A DNA stretch of 51,784 nucleotides, from contig JAUCBJ010008217.1 of the NCBI GenBank assembly GCA_032718475.1, forward strand, positions 1-51,784, written 5' to 3'. Position numbers and translations under genes: made by a program. A model generated the notes under the pieces. It was not told the origin of the DNA, searched no databases, and was given only the letters and a program-made list of their open reading frames with translations. This document shows positions 34,101-46,100 of the stretch, piece by piece. The stretch's first letter is position 1. Every line of letters starts with the position of its first letter. The stretch comes from Nemertoderma westbladi (Eukaryota > Animalia > Xenacoelomorpha).

Positions 34101-37100
34101 ATTTTTTCCTTGAAAATATGTGAATGTACAGTTAGTGGACCCGCATCTAACAATATATCACAATCCATATTTCGGATGACAGGTACCGGTGAAATCAGAC
34201 TTTACCGAAAAAAATTCAAATTTTAGCTACTCATGTCTGACTATCTCGAAAACTATAATAGGTATGGAAATACTTTCACTGCAAGAAATGTTCGCCTATC
34301 CAATGCGCTTCTAACTCTGTGCTCGGATTTTGCATAGTTTCAAAACCTACAACTTAACCCCCCCAGCGGAGGGAACGGAGTGACCGGAGCGCCAGTACTA
34401 TCTTTCATTATTATGAAGTAATAAGGGCGGTGGGTGGGGTAGGTGGTGAACACTATTTATAGGGTGGAGGGAGGGTCTAGTATATTACATTAGGATATTT
34501 GATTTCTTTGCAATATAGTTTAGCTGCCTCAGTCTTATTTGTAATATGTTATACATTATACCAAATTATATCAAGTTTTAACATACTACATTGTCTACCT
34601 GTAGGAGAAATATACAATGTAGGGCTCATAATATATTTATAAATAGATTTAGTATATTTACATTGTATAACAGAGTTAATTGATACTATTACGGTATTAT
34701 ACTAAAGACGCCGCTTTGATATATCTGATCAAATGGCAATTTCTTGTATATTATCTATTTCACTATCTTGGGTATATCATTCAATTTCTAAAACTATAAT
34801 AATAAACATTTACTTTACTTCTTGTTTACTCGCATGGATATATTGATATAAAACACTTCAGTATAATATCTTATAGGGCCAAACACAGATTAATCGGAAT
34901 AATATGTTTAATTATTATTACAATGGGCACATTGAAGTAAGTAGTACATGAGTTTGATAAAATAATTATGAATCCGTATCTTATTCTACTTTGTCTATAT
35001 GGTTATGTTATATAATAATGTTACTTTATCACTTTGGTTTAAACCGATCTCCTTTACTATTACTTACTACTTATACTACTACTACTACTACTATTATTAC
35101 TACTGCTACTGACTACTACAGAGTTATATATTATAAGAGGATGGGGTTCGTGATTATTAGTTATTATACAAGTGCCCCTCGGCTATAGAGAGTCCACCCT
35201 CGGTTGCTTACTGGGTGCGTTATATGACGTCTATGAGAGGTCCGTTATGAACTGAATGTCAGGTGGAGTTTATATGTAAGTCGCGCTGTAGGCCTATTCA
35301 ATCTCATCTACTGTTGTACTGTTGTAAGGAAAATATAGCCGCTAATAAGATCGATTGCGATTAGAGGGGGGTTAACAAGTGAGAATGTCGTAGCAATTCG
35401 GGACTATAACAATAATGGATGGAAAGAAAGATCGATTGTGGGTTGTGGATCACAAACTCATTTAGTTTATCACAAAAATAATAAATAATTAAGGCGACAT
35501 TTAAAAAATGCGTGCTGATGGGAGTAAAGCCGACAACCGTTATAAGTTAAGGGAAAGGAACAGGTTATAGTGGTAGGCTATTATTAAAAAACAATTAATA
35601 AACGACAGTCAAAAGCGCAAGTTCCAGTTATATTTGACTTCATAATATTTATTTATATATATAAATATATATGTCATTATTTCTTTATATATATTATTTA
35701 TAAATATTTTACATTGGAGGTGTCTCATTGGTTCCCCCATGCTTGACACTACAACAAAGTCGCCTGCGCTTTGCAGGATATTGCTTTCGCCGTGAGGACC
35801 AACCAGTGCATAATCTTGTACGTTGGCAGTCTACTATGGAGTGAATAAGCATGGTGGACAGCCCATGACTTTCTTGAGACGCATATTAAAGGACACTGGC
35901 CTTGAAGATGCGGATGATCTAGTAAATGTCATGGGTGATAGGGAGTTGTGGCGGCGCAATTTTGTCGACAAGCCGGCACAGCATTCTGAAAAATGCAGCT
36001 GCAATGCAGCATGCCGATCCTAGTTGCAGTAGTAGTACTAGTAAACTTCATAATAATAGTTGTGGGTTGTCGGCTGTCGGTCGTCGGTTGTCAGCTAAGC
36101 TTTTACACCAGACATATATCAAATATGACTAACCTTGTGTAAATCATCCAATATTCCTTTTACTCTCAAACAACTGTGTAACATCGGCGAATCTTCAAAT
36201 CTTCCGCCACTCGCCCCCAAACCGTCTCTAATATGTTGGATAATGGTATTAAGTCGACCTTCCTTATCATCTATGTACTGTTTCATAGCCTAATATAAGT
36301 TGAAATAAAATAAAGACGTTACAATTTCACCGGCACAAATCCATAACAAACATCCCATAACAAATATCTTTACCAAATCGATTATATTGGATCCTCAGGA
36401 CTTACCTTATATCTCTTCGAACGATCATCTAATTGTTCAGCGGAGGTAACAGTTCCCCCAAGATCTCCGACCAATAGATGTCTAGTTTCGTATATCCAAA
36501 CTGATATCTCCGACATTTCTGTAAACTGTATCGATTTTTTATGAGTTTGAATTCCCTTTAACATTTCCGATAACGTTTGCTGAAGGTTTGACCACTTAAA
36601 ATTTACTAGCAACATCTGTTTGGTTAACTCAACTTCGTCCTCAATCAGGCAGCGACTGTAATAAATAAATCACAATGTTGTTTACTCATATCATTCCACT
36701 ATCCAAATAAATTTACACAAGTAACATTAAGAAGCTAAATAAGGTATTTATTAACGCTTAGTATTTTAAATTTGGAAATATCTATTATAAATATTTATTA
36801 AAGGTACTAACTCTATAAGTTTCTCTCCTCTCCTATTTAAGTCAATCAGTCGTTCACAACTTTCCTTTAGGACGCCCTCTATTTCCGCCAATTGCAATTC
36901 GTCTCCCCTTTGGCCAACTAACTCTGCCTGTTCACTCAAAACTGACAACCAATTATCAAACTCCTACAAATTAATCATAAACAAATAATAGCAATGTTGT
37001 TATCAGTATTAATTACTAAACAATACTTATTTTAACAAAGTAGCCTGTCCTATCATGTATCTTATTAATAATAATTATTAACATTAACATTAACATTAAC

Positions 37101-40100
37101 ATTATTTATTATCGCGGATCCGGATTCGGATTCTGTTTCGGAACCGGATCCGTTTTACTCTGACCCAAATAATAATGGTAATTATTTAATTAATTTTTAT
37201 TTTAAACACAACATTTTGTTTTAATACTTTGATATTTGACCAAATGATTTCAGTAAAGGATTTAGATTTTGTTAAATTTGCGTGGAGATTTTGGTTCAGG
37301 TTTTCAAGCCACGAAAAATTGTCTTTCAACTATTATGTTTTTGCACTAAAATTATAATAATAATAAAAATATTAAATAATAAAACAATGTTTTTCGGTTA
37401 CGGTACATTTGTTGTGTTTTGAGTTCGAGCGTTGATTTTAATTTTGGAATGTTCTAAGAAAGGTCAATGGTTTGATAATTTGTTAATTACATTATTAAAT
37501 AAAAATTTTGCCAAAGTAATTGGACACTCAATGAGTTGCGGTATGTTGGTCGTTATTCGGAGGTTTGATTCCCGTTTTGCGGCATGTTGGTCGTTATTCG
37601 GAGGTTTGATTCCCGTGCTGCGGCATGTTGGTCGTTATTCGGAGGTTTGATTCCCGTGCTGCGGCATGTTGGTCGTTATTCGGAGGTTTGATTCCCGTGC
37701 TGCGGCATGTTGGTCGTTATTCTGAGGTTTGATTCCCGTGCTGCGGTACGTTGGTCGTTATTCGGAGGTTTGATTCCCGTGCTGCGGCATGTTGGTCGTT
37801 ATTCGGAGGTTTGATTCCCGTGCTGCGGCATGTTGGTCGTTATTCGGAGGTTTGTTTCCCGTGCTGCGGCATGTTGGTCGTTATTCGGGGGTTTGATTCC
37901 CGTGCTGCGGCATGTTGGTCGTTATTCGGAGGTTTGATTCCCGTGCTGCGGCATGTTGGTCGTTATTCGGGGGTTTGATTCCCGTGCTGCGGCATGTTGG
38001 TCGTTATTCGGAGGTTTGATTCCCGTGCTGCGGCATGTTGGTCGTTATTCGGAGGTTTGTTTCCCGTGCTGCGGCATGTTGGTCGTTATTCGGGGGTTTG
38101 ATTCCCGTGCTGCGGCATGTTGGTCGTTATTCGGAGGTTTGATTCCCGTGCTGCGGCATGTTGGTCGTTATTCGGAGGTTTGTTTCCAGTGCTGCGGCCT
38201 GTTGGTCGTTATTCGGAGGTTTGATTCCCGTGCTGCGGCATGTTGGTCGTTATTCGGAGGTTTGTTTCCCGTGCTGCGGCATGTTGGTCGTTATTCGGAG
38301 GTTTGTTTCCCGTGCTGCGGCATGTTGGTCGTTATTCGGAGGTTTGATTCCCGTGCTGCGGCATGTTGGTCGTTATTCGGAGGTTTGTTTCCCGTGCTGC
38401 GGCATGTTGGTCGTTATTCGGGGGTTTGATTCCCGTGCTGCGGCATGTTGGTCGTTATTCGGAGGTTTGTTTCCCGTGTTGCGGCATGTTGGTCGTTATT
38501 CGGAGGTTTGATTCCCGTGCTGCGGCATGTTGGTCGTTATTTGGAGGTTTGATTTCCGTGCTGCGGCATGTTGGTCGTTATTCGGAGGTTTGATTCCCGT
38601 GCTGCGGCATGTTGGTCGTTATTCGGAGGTTTGTTTCCAGTGCTGCGGCATGTTGGTCGTTATTTGGAGGTTTGATTTCCGTGCTGCGGCATGTTGGTCG
38701 TTATTCGGAGGTTTGATTCCCGTTTTGCGGCATGTTGGTCGTTATTCGGAGGTTTGATTCCCGTGCTGCGGCATGTTGGTCGTTATTCGGAGGTTTGATT
38801 CCCGTGCTGCGGCATGTTGGTCGTTATTCGGAGATTTGTTTCCCGTGTTGCGGCATGTTGGTCATTATTCGGAGGTTTGATTCCCGTGCTGCGGCATGTT
38901 GGTTGTTATTCGGAGGTTTGATTCCAGTGCTGCGGCATGTTGGTCGTTATTCGGAGGTTTGTTTCCCGTGCTGCGGCATGTTGGTCGTTATTCGGGGGTT
39001 TGATTCCCGTGCTGCGGCATGTTGGTCGTTATTCGGAGGTTTGATTCCCGTGCTGCGGCATGTTGGTCGTTATTCGGAGGTTTGATTCCCGTTTTGCGGC
39101 ATGTTGGTCGTTATTCGGAGGTTTGATTCCCGTGCTGCGGCATGTTGGTCGTTATTCGGAGGTTTGATTCCCGTGCTGCGGCATGTTGGTCGTTATTCTG
39201 AGGTTTGATTCCCGTGCTGCGGTACGTTGGTCGTTATTCGGAGGTTTGATTCCCGTGCTGCGGCATGTTGGTTGTTATTCGGAGGTTTGATTCCAGTGCT
39301 GCGGCATGTTGGTCGTTATTCGGAGGTTTGTTTCCCGTGCTGCGGCATGTTGGTCGTTATTCGGGGGTTTGATTCCCGTGCTGCGGCATGTTGGTCGTTA
39401 TTCGGAGGTTTGATTCCCGTGCTGCGGCATGTTGGTCGTTATTCGGAGGTTTGATTCCCGTGCTGCGGCATGTTGGTCGTTATTCGGAGGTTTGTTTCCA
39501 GTGCTGCGGCCTGTTGGTCGTTATTCGGAGGTTTGATTCCCGTGCTGCGGCATGTTGGTCGTTATTTGGAGGTTTGTTTCCCGTGCTGCGGCATGTTGGT
39601 CGTTATTCGGGGGTTTGATTCCCGTGCTGCGGCATGTTGGTCGTTATTCGGAGGTTTGATTCCCGTGCTGCGGCATGTTGGTCGTTATTCGGAGATTTGT
39701 TTCCCGTGTTGCGGCATGTTGGTCATTATTCGGAGGTTTGATTCCCGTGCTGCGGCATGTTGGTCGTTATTCGTAGGTTTGTTTCCAGTGCTGCGGCCTG
39801 TTGGTCGTTATTCGGAGGTTTGATTCCCGTGCTGCGGCATGTTGGTCGTTATTCGGAGATTCGTTTCCCGTGTTGCGGCATGTTGGTCGTTATTCGGAGG
39901 TTTGATTCCCGTGCTGCGGCATGTTGGTCGTTATTTGGAGGTTTGATTTCCGTGCTGCGGCATGTTGGTCGTTATTCGGAGGTTTGTTTCCCGTGCTGCG
40001 GCATGTTGGTCGTTATTCGGAGGTTTGATTCCCGTGCTGCGGCATGTTGGTCGTTATTCGGAGGTTTGTTTCCAGTGCTGCGGCCTGTTGGTCGTTATTC

Positions 40101-43100
40101 GGAGGTTTGATTCCCGTGCTGCGGCATGTTGGTCGTTATTCGGAGGTTTGTTTCCAGTGCTGCGGCCTGTTGGTCGTTATTCGGAGGTTTGATTCCCGTG
40201 CTGCGGCATGTTGGTTGTTATTCGGAGGTTTGATTCCAGTGCTGCGGCATGTTGGTCGTTATTCGGAGGTTTGTTTCCCGTGCTGCGGCATGTTGGTCGT
40301 TATTCGGGGGTTTGATTCCCGTGCTGCGGCATGTTGGTCGTTATTCGGAGGTTTGATTCCCGTGCTGCGGCATGTTGGTCGTTATTCGGAGGTTTGATTC
40401 CCGTGCTGCGGCATGTTGGTCGTTATTCGGGGGTTTGATTCCCGTGCTGCGGCATGTTGGTCGTTATTCGGAGGTTTGATTCCCGTGCTGCGGCATGTTG
40501 GTCGTTATTCGGAGGTTTGATTCCCGTGCTGCGGCATGTTGGTCGTTATTCGGAGGTTTGTTTCCCGTGCTGCGGCATGTTGGTCGTTATTCGGGGGTTT
40601 GATTCCCGTGCTGCGGCATGTTGGTCGTTATTCGGAGGTTTGATTCCCGTGCTGCGGCATGTTGGTCGTTATTCGGAGATTTGTTTCCCGTGTTGCGGCA
40701 TGTTGGTCATTATTCGGAGGTTTGATTCCCGTGCTGCGGCATGTTGGTCGTTATTCGGAGGTTTGTTTCCAGTGCTGCGGCCTGTTGGTCGTTATTCGGA
40801 GGTTTGATTCCCGTGCTGCGGCATGTTGGTCGTTATTCGGAGATTTGTTTCCCGTGTTGCGGCATGTTGGTCGTTATTCGGAGGTTTGATTCCCGTGCTG
40901 CGGCATGTTGGTCGTTATTTGGAGGTTTGATTTCCGTGCTGCGGCATGTTGGTCGTTATTCGGAGGTTTGTTTCCCGTGCTGCGGCATGTTGGTCGTTAT
41001 TCGGAGGTTTGATTCCCGTGCTGCGGCATGTTGGTCGTTATTTGGAGGTTTGATTTCCGTGCTGCGGCATGTTGGTCGTTATTCGGAGGTTTGTTTCCCG
41101 TGCTGCGGCATGTTGGTCGTTATTCGGAGGTTTGATTCCCGTGCTGCGGCATGTTGGTCGTTATTCGGAGATTTGTTTCCCGTGTTGCGGCATGTTGGTC
41201 GTTATTTGGAGGTTTGATTTCCGTGCTGCGGCATGTTGGTCGTTATTCGGAGGTTTGATTTCCGTGCTGCATCTAACACGATTTCAGAGAATTGTGGACG
41301 TTGGATAGTTTTGGCTCTTTTCTAAGCTAGAAGAGTTCCCCGTAGCTTTCTACACAAAGATAACTAATTAGAATATGAATAGTAATGAAAAAAATTATAT
41401 CATCAATCAGCTTACCTGTAATTCTTTGAAATACTCCAAAAGTTCCGAATTCAATTCATTCCATTCATTTGCCTCTTTTGTGAATCGGAATTTTAATTCG
41501 TCTCTTAAACTATAAATTTCTTTTAACTCGTTGTACAAGAATTGGTGAGACCAATCTCCGAGAATATCAACCACAGCGTCAGCCTGCGAGGTGACATCGT
41601 CCACCGCAGATTCATAACCCGATAAATTCCGCAGTTTAATCTAAGAGTGTGGGTATAAACAGTAATTAGTAATGTAAGAGAGTAAACAAATAACATTATT
41701 TACACTTATCAAGTATATAATGTAAACAAATAACATTATTTACACTTATCAAGTATATAATGTAAACAATTAACATTATTTACACTTATCTAGTATATAA
41801 TGTAAACAATTAACATTATTTACACTTATCTATATAATGTAAACAATTCACATTATTTACACTTATCTAGTATATAATGTAAACAATTAACATTATTTAC
41901 ACTTATCTAGTATATAATGTAAACAATTAACATTATTTACACTTATCTATATAATGTAAACAATTAACATTATTTACACTTATCTAGTATATAGTGTAAA
42001 CAAATAACATTATTTACACTTATCTAGTATATAATGTAAACAATTAACATTATTTACACTTATCTAGTATATAATATAAACAATTAACATTATTTACACT
42101 TACTTATCTAGTATATAGTGTAAACAAATAACATTATTTACACTTATCTAGTATATAATGTAAACAATTAACATTATTTACACTTATCTATATAATGTAA
42201 ACAATTCACATTATTTACACTTATCTATATAATGTAAACAATTAACATTATTTACACTTATCTAGTATATAATGTAAACAATTAACATTATTTACACTTA
42301 TCTAGTATATAATGTAAACAATTAACATTACTTACACTTATCTAGTATATAATGTAAACAATTAACATTATTTACACTTATCTAGTATATAATGTAAACA
42401 ATTAACATTATTTACACTTATCTAGTATATAATGTAAACAATTAACATTATTTACACTTATCTAGTATATAATGTAAACAATTAACATTATTTACACTTA
42501 TCTAGTATATAATGTAAACAATTAACATTATTTACACTTATCTAGTATATAATGTAAACAATTAACATTATTTACACTTATCTATATAGTGTAAACAAAT
42601 AACATTATTTACACTTATCTAGCATATCTAGCATATAGTGTAAACAATTAACATTATTTACACTTATCTAGTATATAATGTCAACAATTAACATTATTTA
42701 CACTTATCTAGTATATAATGTAAACAATTAACATTATTTACACTTATCTAGTATATAATGTAAACAATTAACATTATTTACACTTATCTAGTATATAATG
42801 TAAACAATTAACATTATTTACACTTATCTAGTATATAATGTAAACAATTAACATTATTTACACTTATCTATATAGTGTAAACAAATAACATTATTTACAC
42901 TTATCTAGCATATAGTGTAAACAATTAACATTATTTACACTTATCTAGTATATAATGTAAACAATTAACATTATTTACACTTATCTAGTATATAATGTAA
43001 ACAATTAACATTATTTACACTTATCTAGTATATAATGTAAACAATTAACATTATTTACACTTATCTATATAATGTAAACAATTAACATTATTTACACTTA

Positions 43101-46100
43101 TCTATATAATGTAAACAATTAACATTATTTACACGTATCTAGTATATAATGTAAACAATTAACATTATTTACACTTATCTAGTATATAATGTAAACATTT
43201 AACATTATTTACACTTATCTAGTATATAATGTAAACAATTAACATTATTTACACTTATCTAGTATATAATGTAAACATTTAACATTATTTACACTTATCT
43301 AGTATATAATGTAAACAATTAACATTATTTACACTTATCTATATAATGTAAACAATTAACATTATTTACACGTATCTAGTATATAATGTAAACAATTAAC
43401 ATTATTTACACTTATCTAGTATATAATGTAAACATTTAACATTATTTACACTTATCTAGTATATAATGTAAACAATTAACATTATTTACACTTATCTAGT
43501 ATATAATGTAAACAATTAACATTATTTACACTTATCTATATAATGTAAACAATTAACATTATTTACACTTATCTATATAATGTAAACAATTAACATTATT
43601 TACACGTATCTAGTATATAATGTAAACAATTAACATTATTTACACTTATCTAGTATATAATGTAAACATTTAACATTATTTACACTTATCTAGTATATAA
43701 TGTAAACATTTAACATTATTTACACTTATCTAGTATATAATGTAAACAATTAACATTATTTACACTTATCTAGTATATAATGTAAACAATTAACATTATT
43801 TACACTTATCTATATAATGTAAACAATTAACATTATTTACACTTATCTATATAATGTAAACAATTAACATTATTTACACGTATCTAGTATATAATGTAAA
43901 CAATTAACATTATTTACACTTATCTAGTATATAATGTAAACATTTAACATTATTTACACTTATCTAGTATATAATGTAAACAATTAACATTATTTACACT
44001 TATCTAGTATATAATGTAAACAATTAACATTATTTACACTTATCTATATAATGTAAACAATTAACATTATTTACACTTATCTAGTATATAGTGTAAACAA
44101 TTAACATTATTTACACTTATCTAGTATATAATGTAAACAATTAACATTATTTACACTTATCTAGTATATAATGTAAACAATTAACATTATTTACACTTAT
44201 CTAGTATATAATATAAACAATTAACATTATTTACACTTACTTATCTAGTATATAGTGTAAACAAATAACATTATTTACACTTATCTAGTATATAATGTAA
44301 ACAATTAACATTATTTACACTTATCTATATAGTGTAAACAAATAACATTATTTACACTTATCTAGCATATCTAGCATATAGTGTAAACAATTAACATTAT
44401 TTACACTTATCTAGTATATAATGTCAACAATTAACATTATTTACACTTATCTAGTATATAATGTAAACAATTAACATTATTTACACTTATCTAGTATATA
44501 ATGTAAACAATTAACATTATTTACACTTATCTAGTATATAATGTAAACAATTAACATTATTTACACTTATCTAGTATATAATGTAAACAATTAACATTAT
44601 TTACACTTATCTATATAGTGTAAACAAATAACATTATTTACACTTATCTAGCATATAGTGTAAACAATTAACATTATTTACACTTATCTAGTATATAATG
44701 TAAACAATTAACATTATTTACACTTATCTAGTATATAATGTAAACAATTAACATTATTTACACTTATCTAGTATATAATGTAAACAATTAACATTATTTA
44801 CACTTATCTATATAATGTAAACAATTAACATTATTTACACTTATCTATATAATGTAAACAATTAACATTATTTACACGTATCTAGTATATAATGTAAACA
44901 ATTAACATTATTTACACTTATCTAGTATATAATGTAAACATTTAACATTATTTACACTTATCTAGTATATAATGTAAACAATTAACATTATTTACACTTA
45001 TCTAGTATATAATGTAAACATTTAACATTATTTACACTTATCTAGTATATAATGTAAACAATTAACATTATTTACACTTATCTATATAATGTAAACAATT
45101 AACATTATTTACACGTATCTAGTATATAATGTAAACAATTAACATTATTTACACTTATCTAGTATATAATGTAAACATTTAACATTATTTACACTTATCT
45201 AGTATATAATGTAAACAATTAACATTATTTACACTTATCTAGTATATAATGTAAACAATTAACATTATTTACACTTATCTATATAATGTAAACAATTAAC
45301 ATTATTTACACTTATCTATATAATGTAAACAATTAACATTATTTACACGTATCTAGTATATAATGTAAACAATTAACATTATTTACACTTATCTAGTATA
45401 TAATGTAAACATTTAACATTATTTACACTTATCTAGTATATAATGTAAACAATTAACATTATTTACACTTATCTAGTATATAATGTAAACATTTAACATT
45501 ATTTACACTTATCTAGTATATAATGTAAACATTTAACATTATTTACACTTATCTAGTATATAATGTAAACAATTAACATTATTTACACTTATCTAGTATA
45601 TAATGTAAACAATTAACATTATTTACACTTATCTATATAATGTAAACAATTAACATTATTTACACTTATCTATATAATGTAAACAATTAACATTATTTAC
45701 ACGTATCTAGTATATAATGTAAACAATTAACATTATTTACACTTATCTAGTATATAATGTAAACATTTAACATTATTTACACTTATCTAGTATATAATGT
45801 AAACAATTAACATTATTTACACTTATCTAGTATATAATGTAAACATTTAACATTATTTACACTTATCTAGTATATAATGTAAACAATTAACATTATTTAC
45901 ACTTATCTATATAATGTAAACAATTAACATTATTTATACTTATCTATATAATGTAAACAATTAACATTATTTACACTTATCTATATAATGTAAACAATTA
46001 ACATTATTTACACTTATCTATATAATGTAAACAATTAACATTATTTACACTTATCTATATAATGTAAACAATTAACATTATTTACACTTATCTATATAAT

